From the NCBI GenBank assembly GCA_963706125.1, contig CAVPLQ010000002.1, positions 208,254 through 272,253 on the forward strand: a stretch of DNA of 64,000 bases, given 5' to 3'. Made by a program: the position numbers and the translations under genes. This document shows, one piece after another, positions 10,585-20,233 of the stretch. This DNA is from an uncultured Flavobacteriales bacterium. GTDB taxonomy: Bacteria; Bacteroidota; Bacteroidia; Flavobacteriales_F; PHOS-HE28. How positions within the stretch are numbered: the stretch's first letter is position 1; each line of letters begins with the position of its first letter. Below the pieces are notes generated by a model. That model was not told where the DNA came from. It worked only from the letters and a program-made list of their open reading frames with translations, and ran no database searches.

Positions 10585-13500
10585 GGCGTAGGGTGAAGGG
10601 TTTGGTTGAACTGGTGTTCTGCGAACCGCTCACCGGGGAACGGAACCAGAACTTCACATGGTAGTTGTTGCTGTAGGTCCGCCCGAACTCATCGGGGGGC
10701 GGCATGTTGTCGCTGTGCAGCAATTGCGTCGTTTGCGGCGATACGAAGTAGGCCACGCTGCGCATGGAGACGTACCTGTTCTGCGGACCATATATCTGGA
10801 GCAGCTGCTCCAGGGTCTTCGGAATAAGGGGGGCCATCTTGGTGGTGTGCAAGGCTTCACGTGTGGCATCCCGGGCCTCCATGAAATCGCGCCAAGCCAA
10901 CCTGCCCGCCAGGAACGTGAGGTTCAAATTGCGCGGGGGAGCGCTATTGATCCCGGAGAACGGGCTGCTGCCGAACGGGCTGCTGCCACCGAACAAACCG
11001 CCGAGGCCAGCCGAGGCCCCGCCACCCAAGAACGAGGAGCCCGTGGCCGTGGACGCGCCGGGGACGAACAAGGGTAGCCCGGTCGACAAGGACGGCTGCT
11101 GCACTGTTACCAGCGTGCCGCTCATTTCCGACGCGGCCAGCGGTGGTGCCGGGTAGCTGTAGTGGTCGAACACCGGCTCATCCGGATAGTGCAAGGTCCA
11201 GAGCAACCAATATGGCGCAGGCCAGCTCGGCACGGTGAGATGGATGTATGGAGGTATGAAGCTGCCCACATCGAACGTGTAATTCCGCGTACCTGAATAG
11301 CTGAGGTAGCCGCTGTACCTGACCGACAAGTAGTGGTAATAGTCATCCGAGAAAACCGGAGCGATCCGGACGAGCGGAGCCAGCTTCCGGCTGCCACCTT
11401 TCCACACCCCGTCGATATCGAAGTCATCGAACTTCTCTTCCATTTGTCCTTTCACATCGGCCAGGTCGTTGCCGCGCGTACTTGGCCAAGTGCCGTCCAG
11501 CTCCAAGGCGGCCAGCTTTTGGTGCAGCGTGTTGAACTTGCTGGTGCGGAAAGAGAAATTGTAGAGCTCATGGTCGTACTTGCCCATCTTCACCAGATCG
11601 GTCACCGTGGCACCGCCGTTCAACGTCATGGTCTCGCCAATGGAATTGCTGAGCGTGAGCTGGGTCGAGGCATCAGCAGTAATGCCAGGCAGCACAACGT
11701 TGGTGTTGCCCACTACGTCGGCCATGTGCTCCTGCATAGTGGGTGTCCGGCGTTTGAGCAGTTGGCACTCATAGGCGGTTTCGGGCTGTAGTGCAGGCAG
11801 GTCCAAGGGAAGCACTTGCCCACCGGTGTAGTTGATGGGCATTTCCAGGGGATCGCTACCGTCCAGCGGAATGTAGCGTGCCACGAAGGTGAAGGTCTCC
11901 CCTTCCACTTCGGTCTCGAAAAGCTGCGGCATTCCCATTGTCAGCTGCACCTTGCCCTTGTTGTTGCTTTCGCCGGGCAAAAAGTAGCGCTGGGCGTGTA
12001 CGGGATAGGTATAGTCCACCCGTTCGATCTCAATGTGGTCCGGCATATCGCCCGTTCTGAAGTTCGCATCCTTCTCCTCATACCAGAGGCTTCCGGTCTC
12101 CGGGTTGATGAAATCGATGCGGCTGCCCGGCGCGATCTCGTCCTTCACCTGCACGCGGACATGGATCTGATGGTCGGTTTGCCCGTCCAGCATGTTCTCG
12201 CGTTCAAGCGCGATCAGTGCGGTATTGCCGCCTACTATTTGCGGGGTGCCGGGGATCATGCTCCCGTTGTTCAGGTTCTTCAAGGTGTAGCTGCTCATGT
12301 ACGGGTAGAAGCGGTACATGATCATCTCGCCGGTCTCCGGATCGCTGCGCTTGGGCAGCTCCAACAATTGGTTCATGGGGAATTCGAGGGCGGCTTGTGG
12401 AAGGGCGAACACGCTCACGTCATTACCCACGGGTGCCAGCTCCCTGATGAACTTGATGTCCGCCAGCGGATCGCCTTTGATCATGAACAGGCAAGGCTGC
12501 CCTTTCTCCACTTGGAAGGATGCCGAACCACTGAACCGCCCACCGAGCACCGCATAGTTCACCGTTGCCTGCCCCTTGAATCCCATGGGGTTCGGGAGAT
12601 TGCCCTTCACCAGCATGGCTGCGGAGAGGTTGATGATCGGGAACCGGAATTTCTTGAAGATCAGGTTGAGCTGCACGCCCAGTTCGCCTTCCATGCCGCA
12701 GTAGAACTGGCCCTGTGCGAACCAGCGGTTCCTGCCGGGATCGGTGATCTCGTCATAACCCCTTTCCTCATCACCGGCGCACATCAAAGCACTGTTCAGT
12801 TTGCTCAAATTCACATCGAAGCCGAGGCCCATGTAAAACTTGGCGTAAATGATGGCCAGGCTCAGGTCCACGTCCACCTCGAACGTGGCCCCGAAGGCGA
12901 AGCCTGCACCGGTCGGCAAGGAGCTTGTCGTGCCCTCATCCCTGTCCCCGTTCAACACCGCATCGGTCTCCGCTTCGGTACCCAAGCGCCCTGCAGGATC
13001 GCCATTGAGGATGTTGAGTATGCGCTGCGGGGGCGGTGGCAATTGGGCCGGGATGCCCGAATTGCCCGTCATGATGTAAGTGGTAAGCGAAAGGTTCAAC
13101 CCGGGAATGCCCACCTTCAACTCTGCCGGCGCGCCGATGCTCTTGGGTTCGCCCATTTTGAAATACCAGTGTTCCGGGTCGAAATGCACCCGTGCGTCCA
13201 CCATTTTCTTATTGGCGTCCATGCCCCCATAAATGACCTCGAAGTCCGCCCAAAGCACGAAGGACCCGTCAAAGACCTTCCCCGCAGCGTTGTTCACGTA
13301 TGCCAAGGAAACGCTTGCGGTAAGTGGTGCATTTTCCCGTTGATCGATATCCGCCAAAGCATACAGGTCCCCATTGAACTCCATGCGCGAAATGCTGCCA
13401 TTGCTGAACTCCGCGATCAACTCCACGTCCAAGTTGTAGGTGGAATGGTTGCCTTGGCAGGCCAACACCACGCCGAGGCGTAGGCCGAGGTCCGTCGCAA

Positions 13501-16500
13501 AATGCTCCCGGAAATCCAGTCCGCTGTCCGCGACAGGGTTCGTCGCGGCACCCTCCTCTTCCGGTGGTGCCGTGGCGGCCATGCCTTGGACTTGTTCGGC
13601 GCCCGGCATGGTCTGCCCCGGGACCATCTCCATGTGGTACCACAAGCCGCCGCCGAAGCCGATCAGTTCCACACCGGTGAACAGCGTGAGGCCCGGCGTG
13701 AAATAGACCTGGCCGTCGATCAACCAGTAAGGATAGTTCTGCGCCGTGTTGAAAGGAGCGGAAGGGTTGGCCCGGCTCACCCCGAAGATGGACTTCAACT
13801 TGCCCTTAATGCCCATGGGCAGTCCTACGGCCAGCTCGCCGCGGAATTCCTTCTTGGTCGCTTCGTTGATCCAACTGATGCGCCCCTCCAACGTGATGCC
13901 GTTCAGGTCAGTTTCGATCAGGATATCGTTCACGGCGACGCGATCGAATGACACGCGGTCTATCCCGCTTTCGTTCGTGTTCACGTTCACGAAGAAGGTG
14001 ATCTCCGCTGCGGCCGCCAGGCTCACGCTCTCGCTGCCGAAGGTGAGCATGGGGGTAATGGACAGGCCGGGTTTTTGGACATCGCTGAGGTCAAGACCAA
14101 TGTCGGTGATGGTGAGCGGGAAGCCGCTCATGCTCTTGTCCGGGCTGGAAACGGAGAAGCAACTGTTGCATTCGTAACCGGTCTGCGTGTCGTACACCAG
14201 GTGTTCTATGTGAATGCCGGGCATACTTAAGCCATTGCCGGAGTCGCCGCCACCTTCCCCATCGGTAATGGCTAACGTGGCGTTGAGCTCCATGTGCAAT
14301 TTGGAAGTAGCACCGAGCCGCGCGCGGATCAAGGTGTTGGGCTTCAGTTCCACCTGGGCCACCCATGCGGGGAACGTGATGCCGTCATCCACGTTCACCT
14401 CCAAGGCCAAGCCCCATTCGGTGTCACCATCACCGTCATCGTCCTCCTGGCCGAACACCGCGAGGTAGTTCAAATAGTCGTGTTCCCCGGCAATGGGCAA
14501 GCCTACTTGGCCTTTCAATCCCGCGCCGCGGAAGGTGCTCTTCCAAATATCGATGTAGAGGCTGTCCATGGAGAAGGAACAGCCGTCCAGATTGCCCTCC
14601 CCCACGTTCACCAAGTTGGTCAAGGCCACGTTCATGGTAAGGCCCAGGTCGTCGATGATGAAGTTGTTCACCGAGGCCGTGAACGGCGCATCATCGGCGC
14701 CGGTGATCTCGGCAGGCGAGGCCATGGAAAGACGCTTCAGGAAGAAGCCTTCCCACAGGTTCACCGTGCTTGCACCGCCCGTTGCGGAAGGATGGCCGTA
14801 CCCGGTGGGGAACAGTATGGTGGGTGGATTGTTCACGGAGCTCAGGTCGATCCAGGCCTCCTCGATAGTGAACACCCAGCCGGGTGCACCGGTGGCTTCA
14901 AAGGGGTCCATGGTGAACTGTGCGAGAAAGTCCCAATCCGTGCAGACCTGCACCTTGAAATCCGCGCTCACCTGGGTTGTCGTGCCCTCCTCCGTTTCGC
15001 CGGCAGGCACGATGTTGTCCCGCGAGAACTTGATGCCCGCAGCGACCTGCAAGCACTTGAAGCCGTTGCAATCCCAGTCGAAATAGGTGAGGTTCGCAAG
15101 ATCCGTGGACGCTCCGCCCTTGAAGGAGAAGGTGTTCCCGTTGAAGGGTATATCGATGTTGCTGGCCAAGTAGGCGCGGCCCTCATCGCCCAGCCCGCCG
15201 GGCGTAAAGCACATGTCGCCCACGCCGAAGCTGAGCATGGTGGGCACCTCGGTGATCTCGATGCCCGCCACCATGTCCAAGTGTGCGCGCGTCGGGGTGA
15301 ACACCATGTTGATAATGCCCAGGATCACCTGCCTGCCGCCCACCTCACGGTCCATGCCGATGGGCAAGCTCATCGGGGAGCCACTGCTGGAAAGCAGGCT
15401 CACCAAGCGATGGCCGTCGATGAGATATCCGTTCATGGACACCGCATCGCTGGAGTCGATGGAGGGGATCTGCTGAGCCCCGCTGGTAACGGTAGTGAGC
15501 GACAGCGGCGTCCAATCCTTGCGCGCGGTCACCGTGCCGGCGAACATCTCGCCCGCATCGTTCACGCGCAGGCCGGTGAACTCCACTTTGATCTTCGCTT
15601 CGTTCAGAAAATCCACGGTGATATGGCCTTCCCCGGCGAAGGTGCCGCTGCCCGAAACGGTCTCGATCTCCATGTCGAACTGGCCGACTTTCACGGTAGC
15701 GCCCATGGCCAGCACACTTCGGGTGGTCGCAGTGCTGGGTGCGAGCACCTCGCATTCGGACACGCATTCGCCGGGCTCTTCGCCCTCCTCGTCCTCGCTC
15801 GCTGTTGTTCCCCCTTCGCCGATGATGAAGCGGAACACAGGGCTGGTGTTGTAGTTGGCGGAACTTTCATTCGTGGGGTCCACCTTCCAATGCAGGCGCC
15901 AGTAGTAGGTGCCCGTATCCGTGGCGTGTACCGAAGCATCGAGCTGCTTGTACATTTCGTTGCGGAAGGTGGTGGGATCCTCTATCGCGTTCACTAGGTC
16001 GAAACCGGAACCGCCGAGCGTACCGGTAGTGTCAAAAAGGATGGTCGCGAAGTCTGACGTTCTGCTCACCTCCAGTTTCCAGCGTTCGTTCACCCACCCG
16101 TTGATGAACGTGGTACCGGCCGCGCTCCTGGCCTGGACCACATTGTAAGGCGGTAGCAGGGGATCGGGAATGTCCGCCGTATTCCAGCGGAGCTGTACAT
16201 CACCCGTGTCCACCGAGGCACCATCCGCAGGAGAAAGCGGTTGCGAAGCACCCATACCGATCTGGAAGGGTTCTTCACCGGTATCGCCGTGGTAGGTGGA
16301 ACTGCCGAGGGTGAAATCGCCTGCGGTGCGCCAGTGATACTGTTCTCCCCGTCTGAAGGAATGCCCGCTCGGCATGGTCGCATTGTTGTAGTAGGTGGCC
16401 AGGTGCTGGGCCTCGTCCTCGGTCACGGTGAAGGTCACCGAGCTCTGCCCCGCGACAGGCCCTGAAGGCCAGTTATTGTCATCGGTCCGCGTCGGATAGG

Positions 16501-17533
16501 CCCCGGCCCCATCGGAATTCAAGGTGGTGGTCCAATCGAAATGCGTGTACTCCCGATATGGCTCGAACTTCAGGATGAGCGGCACAAAATCGAAGGGGTA
16601 CGCATTACCGCCCGCGGGCCACACCGGCCTCAAAATTCCGGTGCCACCGGTACTTTCAGGGGAGTATAGGAAGGAGCACACTATGCTATGGCCTTGGTTC
16701 ACTACCGGTAATGTTCCGTCCGGCGAGAAGGCTGTTACCCGCACCGCATAGCGGAATCCGGCGTCCAATTCCAATTCATCGGGGATCTCGATCTGGGCGG
16801 GCGCCTCATCATATTCCACGGTGAAGATGTTGGGCTCGGTGGCGCTCAGCATCGCATCGTTCGCATCGCCTTCGCGGCCATCGGCGGGTTCGATCTTCAC
16901 GATCTCCAAGCGATAGTCGATCTCATGCTCGAATCCGATCGGGGGCATGTAGGTCCAAGAGATGGTAAGGATGCCGTCGGGCAGGGTGTATTCCCTGTCG
17001 CAGATATCCGTGAGCTCAGGCGGGTACAGGGTCGGAACAAAGAAGGTCACACAACCTTGGGGAACGGGTCCGGAAAGCGCATCATCGCCCGGACAGGAAA
17101 GCAGTTGTATGCATAGTTCCCATGATGGGCCGGGAAGTTGTTGATCGCTTTCGATCTGCGATGCGGAAATGCCTTCAAAACTGAACAAGTCCGCATCAAA
17201 CCCCCCACCACTGCTGAACATCGGAGCAAGTTCTTCCACTGCGAACATGTTGGGGCCTGCGGGTATGTGAAAACACGGCTGCGTGCCGACCGCATCCAGC
17301 GACCGGATCACAATGCCTGCGTCCGCATTGCGAAGCACCACGCGGGCGCGGACATCGGTTGCCGCCCCCGAATTCTCGATGTTCACGAACGCATTGGCCG
17401 TAGCGTCGGCGAGTTCCGCGTAGGTATAGGGCGGCGGGAGTGGCGTGCTGGGGCTCACCGTCATTTGGTACTGGGCAGCCGCGCCCATGGCCATGGCAAG
17501 AAATGCTGCCGAAAGAATGTGCCGTGCGTTCAT
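10547..17533 (-). CDS. Giant exported beta-rich protein (2328 aa) with TANFOR-like N-terminus; function unknown
   Basis: Signal peptide (GAAA/Q); PPPY...LP...WELC...LS...GC...PP N-terminal pattern, Ig/FN3-like domains, long amphipathic beta-strand region; ATGA overlap with upstream barrel gene. Confidence 0.8.
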   Translation of the reverse strand: MNARHILSAAFLAMAMGAAAQYQMTVSPSTPLPPPYTYAELADATANAFVNIENSGAATDVRARVVLRNADAGIVIRSLDAVGTQPCFHIPAGPNMFAVEELAPMFSSGGGFDADLFSFEGISASQIESDQQLPGPSWELCIQLLSCPGDDALSGPVPQGCVTFFVPTLYPPELTDICDREYTLPDGILTISWTYMPPIGFEHEIDYRLEIVKIEPADGREGDANDAMLSATEPNIFTVEYDEAPAQIEIPDELELDAGFRYAVRVTAFSPDGTLPVVNQGHSIVCSFLYSPESTGGTGILRPVWPAGGNAYPFDFVPLILKFEPYREYTHFDWTTTLNSDGAGAYPTRTDDNNWPSGPVAGQSSVTFTVTEDEAQHLATYYNNATMPSGHSFRRGEQYHWRTAGDFTLGSSTYHGDTGEEPFQIGMGASQPLSPADGASVDTGDVQLRWNTADIPDPLLPPYNVVQARSAAGTTFINGWVNERWKLEVSRTSDFATILFDTTGTLGGSGFDLVNAIEDPTTFRNEMYKQLDASVHATDTGTYYWRLHWKVDPTNESSANYNTSPVFRFIIGEGGTTASEDEEGEEPGECVSECEVLAPSTATTRSVLAMGATVKVGQFDMEIETVSGSGTFAGEGHITVDFLNEAKIKVEFTGLRVNDAGEMFAGTVTARKDWTPLSLTTVTSGAQQIPSIDSSDAVSMNGYLIDGHRLVSLLSSSGSPMSLPIGMDREVGGRQVILGIINMVFTPTRAHLDMVAGIEITEVPTMLSFGVGDMCFTPGGLGDEGRAYLASNIDIPFNGNTFSFKGGASTDLANLTYFDWDCNGFKCLQVAAGIKFSRDNIVPAGETEEGTTTQVSADFKVQVCTDWDFLAQFTMDPFEATGAPGWVFTIEEAWIDLSSVNNPPTILFPTGYGHPSATGGASTVNLWEGFFLKRLSMASPAEITGADDAPFTASVNNFIIDDLGLTMNVALTNLVNVGEGNLDGCSFSMDSLYIDIWKSTFRGAGLKGQVGLPIAGEHDYLNYLAVFGQEDDDGDGDTEWGLALEVNVDDGITFPAWVAQVELKPNTLIRARLGATSKLHMELNATLAITDGEGGGDSGNGLSMPGIHIEHLVYDTQTGYECNSCFSVSSPDKSMSGFPLTITDIGLDLSDVQKPGLSITPMLTFGSESVSLAAAAEITFFVNVNTNESGIDRVSFDRVAVNDILIETDLNGITLEGRISWINEATKKEFRGELAVGLPMGIKGKLKSIFGVSRANPSAPFNTAQNYPYWLIDGQVYFTPGLTLFTGVELIGFGGGLWYHMEMVPGQTMPGAEQVQGMAATAPPEEEGAATNPVADSGLDFREHFATDLGLRLGVVLACQGNHSTYNLDVELIAEFSNGSISRMEFNGDLYALADIDQRENAPLTASVSLAYVNNAAGKVFDGSFVLWADFEVIYGGMDANKKMVDARVHFDPEHWYFKMGEPKSIGAPAELKVGIPGLNLSLTTYIMTGNSGIPAQLPPPPQRILNILNGDPAGRLGTEAETDAVLNGDRDEGTTSSLPTGAGFAFGATFEVDVDLSLAIIYAKFYMGLGFDVNLSKLNSALMCAGDEERGYDEITDPGRNRWFAQGQFYCGMEGELGVQLNLIFKKFRFPIINLSAAMLVKGNLPNPMGFKGQATVNYAVLGGRFSGSASFQVEKGQPCLFMIKGDPLADIKFIRELAPVGNDVSVFALPQAALEFPMNQLLELPKRSDPETGEMIMYRFYPYMSSYTLKNLNNGSMIPGTPQIVGGNTALIALERENMLDGQTDHQIHVRVQVKDEIAPGSRIDFINPETGSLWYEEKDANFRTGDMPDHIEIERVDYTYPVHAQRYFLPGESNNKGKVQLTMGMPQLFETEVEGETFTFVARYIPLDGSDPLEMPINYTGGQVLPLDLPALQPETAYECQLLKRRTPTMQEHMADVVGNTNVVLPGITADASTQLTLSNSIGETMTLNGGATVTDLVKMGKYDHELYNFSFRTSKFNTLHQKLAALELDGTWPSTRGNDLADVKGQMEEKFDDFDIDGVWKGGSRKLAPLVRIAPVFSDDYYHYLSVRYSGYLSYSGTRNYTFDVGSFIPPYIHLTVPSWPAPYWLLWTLHYPDEPVFDHYSYPAPPLAASEMSGTLVTVQQPSLSTGLPLFVPGASTATGSSFLGGGASAGLGGLFGGSSPFGSSPFSGINSAPPRNLNLTFLAGRLAWRDFMEARDATREALHTTKMAPLIPKTLEQLLQIYGPQNRYVSMRSVAYFVSPQTTQLLHSDNMPPPDEFGRTYSNNYHVKFWFRSPVSGSQNTSSTKPFTLRHEAPAYSGTGPH

Positions 17534-19263
17534 TTTCCGGTGGTCTTTATGGTCATGCCCTTCTTCTTGGGCCGAAGGGTGAGGCTGTACGTGAGCTGCC
17601 CGCGCACCTGATACTGGCCCAGGTCCTGCGTTGTGCTCACTTTGCGCGTGTTGTAGTTGAAGGAAAGCCCGAGCGTATGGTCAGTGCCGATCTTGCGGTC
17701 CACCCCCGCCGTGGCGATCAATGAAACGCTCGGCGCGGTTTGGTCACTGCGGTTGAAATAGAAGGCGAACCGGCCGCTCACCCCCATTTTGTCGTTGAAG
17801 AAGCCCTTCCTTCCGTTCAAGGAAAGCCCGTACTTGTTGCGCTGCGCTCCGGCCAGCTCGAAGTGGGTGTAAGTGGCACGTGCGCCCAGCGTGGTGTTGC
17901 GCTCCTTCAAGCGGTGCCGGTAGCCGATGCTCCCTGTATAGGTGCTGGTCTTCTGCGCTTCCGTCCCCTGCCCCTCGTTCACGTACTGCTGAAAGCTGAT
18001 GGTGGCACTTACACTGCGCGTGTTCTTCTTGTCCACGTCGCGGAAGCGGAGACTTTGGTTGAGGGTGGCGTTGTGCGAGACCTGCGCTAAGTGGATGGTA
18101 TCGGTCTCCGCTGCGCTGAATACGCTGCGCATGTCGGCCTCGAAATTGGAATAGCTCAACATGGCGGAATAGGTCTTGCCGCTGTTGTACTGCACGCTGG
18201 CGGAGCCGATGGTGCGCCTGGTGCGGTAGCTGTTCACCTTGGCCAGGTCGTTGTGCTGGATGCCCATGGAAAGCATGGTGCGCAACTTCTGCTTGAATGC
18301 GCCGAACGCCACGGAGCCCCGGTAGTTGGCCACATCGCTCAAGAAGTAGTAGTTGCCCAGCGTCTCGAAGAGCGGGCTGATGCGGTCGTACTTCGCGCTG
18401 ATCACCATGCCGCGCAGGTTGTAGCTGAGGCCGCTCTTTATGGCCGTGCCACGCCGTGAGCGAGGATCGAGGTTGAACAGGAACGTGTCGAAGTTGTTCG
18501 CCACATCAACGCCGTCCCCGGTGCGGGAGCCGGGGACGGCGCCTTCATTCAGCAGGCTTAGCGCCGCATCCACTTGCAGTTGCAGGCCTTTGGCAAGCTG
18601 CATCCCCGCATCGATGCCGACCACCAGATTTTCCTTGGGCTGAACGGTGCCGTAGTAGCCTTCCTTCAGCTCCCCGACATCGAAAGCGTCCTTGGCTTGG
18701 AACAGGATCAGGTCCAGATGATCTCTTCGCGTACCGAAGCCGATGCGCGCGGCCATGGCACGGCGGTCGAACGAGGGTTCGACATACGTGCCGTCCGTGG
18801 TATCGGCGAAGACCTCCTTGCGCAACTTCCCGTACATCGCCGCGAAGCGGAACTTGCCCGGATCCAGTTCCACGCCCGCGCCAAAGAAGCGTTGGCCGCT
18901 CATGGTTAGTTCACTGAAGTGCATGCTACGGTGCCCGAGGTGCGCCTTGAACCATTTATACTTGGGACTGAGGCCATATTGGTTGAAGGGCTGCCGGAAA
19001 TCGCGTTCCTTCTCGCTGAGCACGAACGAAAAAGGGATCTGGAGCTGGTAGATGCTGAAATTGACGCGGCCACTGAGCCCCCAGGTGAACGGCACTTGCC
19101 GGGGATCCGTCCGGTCCGTGGCGTAGAAACCGGTGTATGCCGAAAGGCCGCCGCTCCATTGCACTGCGGGTCCTTGGCCCAGTTGGCCGAGGTCCTGCGC
19201 CATGCCGCACACCCCCATGAACAGGGAGCAGGATGTCGCAATATGCTTCTTCAGGGCGGGCAT
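17530..19263 (-). CDS. Uncharacterised outer-membrane beta-barrel protein (577 aa)
   Basis: Signal peptide, alternating aromatic/hydrophobic strands throughout, QPFNQYGLSPKYKW...FSELTMSG..FFGAGVEL, final strand GQLTYSL. Confidence 0.78.
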   Translation of the reverse strand: MPALKKHIATSCSLFMGVCGMAQDLGQLGQGPAVQWSGGLSAYTGFYATDRTDPRQVPFTWGLSGRVNFSIYQLQIPFSFVLSEKERDFRQPFNQYGLSPKYKWFKAHLGHRSMHFSELTMSGQRFFGAGVELDPGKFRFAAMYGKLRKEVFADTTDGTYVEPSFDRRAMAARIGFGTRRDHLDLILFQAKDAFDVGELKEGYYGTVQPKENLVVGIDAGMQLAKGLQLQVDAALSLLNEGAVPGSRTGDGVDVANNFDTFLFNLDPRSRRGTAIKSGLSYNLRGMVISAKYDRISPLFETLGNYYFLSDVANYRGSVAFGAFKQKLRTMLSMGIQHNDLAKVNSYRTRRTIGSASVQYNSGKTYSAMLSYSNFEADMRSVFSAAETDTIHLAQVSHNATLNQSLRFRDVDKKNTRSVSATISFQQYVNEGQGTEAQKTSTYTGSIGYRHRLKERNTTLGARATYTHFELAGAQRNKYGLSLNGRKGFFNDKMGVSGRFAFYFNRSDQTAPSVSLIATAGVDRKIGTDHTLGLSFNYNTRKVSTTQDLGQYQVRGQLTYSLTLRPKKKGMTIKTTGK

Positions 19264-19315
19264 GTATATCCGTCAGGTTAAAAATGCGCACACCTACGAT
19301 GGGAGCAACACGCTA

Positions 19316-19344
19316 TCGAGCAGTTGGCATAGTGGAATGAGCGA
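19316..19344 (-). promoter_or_regulatory. Candidate LytTR-binding direct repeat upstream of the barrel operon
   Basis: Minus strand TCGCTCAT and CTGCTCGA at 21-nt period, the typical LytTR box spacing; LytTR gene adjacent. Confidence 0.35.
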
Positions 19345-19477
19345 TCGGCAAAACCGATGGCACCAGCATCCAAAAAGAAGCGGCGACGCCATTGGCTCCG
19401 CCGCTCAGTTCCAAGGGATCAGCAGGGTCAACGCGAGTGCCCGGAGAGTGCTGCTGCCGGGGTGATCCGTTCAGGCT

Positions 19478-20233
19478 CTACCCACCCTGTCCCAGCGCGC
19501 TCAACAGGTCGTCTTTCTTGGCCCGTGATACGGGCACTTGCTTCGCCCCTGCCAGCACAACATACCCGCCCGAGCCGCGCACGTACTTCTCGATCTTGCC
19601 CAAGGCCACCACATGCGATTGATGGATGCGCATGAAATCCTTCGCGGGCAGTTCCTTCTCCACGTCCTTCAAGGTGCGCGAAACCAGGATGCGGCGCCCG
19701 TCGCTGAGATGCAGCTTGGTGTAGTTGTCATCGGCCTCGGCATGTACGATCAATGCCATGTCCACCATTTCCAGGCCTTCACGCGTGGGGATGGCGAGCC
19801 TGTACGATGTGCCGGGGCCGCCGGTGACTTTCCGCAACAGATCATCAATGCGGTCCATCATGCCTTCACGTTGCTTGCTCCCCACTTTGGCCACCGCAGC
19901 GATCAGTTCATCCTTATCCACGGGCTTCAACAAGTAATCCAACGCACTGTGCTTGATCGCCCGTATGGCGAACTCATCGTAGGCGGTAGTGAACACGACA
20001 TCACACTTCAAGTCCCCCAGGGCGAGCAACAGGTCGAAGGCGTTCAACACGGGCATCTCGATGTCAAGGAAAATGACATCGGGCGCGTTGTTCTGCAGGT
20101 ACTTCAGCGCCTGCGCCGGTTCATTGAACACTTGCTGCACGGCAACTTGCGGGCAGTACTGCTCCAACAACCAGCTGAGCATGTCGGTACAATGTTCCTC
20201 ATCATCTATGAGGACGGCGGTGATCTGCTCCAT
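19478..20233 (-). CDS. LytTR-family DNA-binding response regulator
   Basis: REC motifs IDDE, FLDIEMP, FTTAYDEFA, DYLLKP; LytTR motifs SRTLKDVE, FMRIHQSHVV, VPVSR. Confidence 0.93.
   Translation of the reverse strand: MEQITAVLIDDEEHCTDMLSWLLEQYCPQVAVQQVFNEPAQALKYLQNNAPDVIFLDIEMPVLNAFDLLLALGDLKCDVVFTTAYDEFAIRAIKHSALDYLLKPVDKDELIAAVAKVGSKQREGMMDRIDDLLRKVTGGPGTSYRLAIPTREGLEMVDMALIVHAEADDNYTKLHLSDGRRILVSRTLKDVEKELPAKDFMRIHQSHVVALGKIEKYVRGSGGYVVLAGAKQVPVSRAKKDDLLSALGQGG

Noticed and set aside
10547-11300. C-terminal toxin domain with immunity gene
   Set aside because: No recognisable nuclease, deaminase or peptidase motif, and no small downstream ORF
11816-15997. Long plus-strand ORFs (555 and 567 aa) and similar antisense ORFs across the window
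   Set aside because: Shadow frames of GC-rich genes with no recognisable motifs
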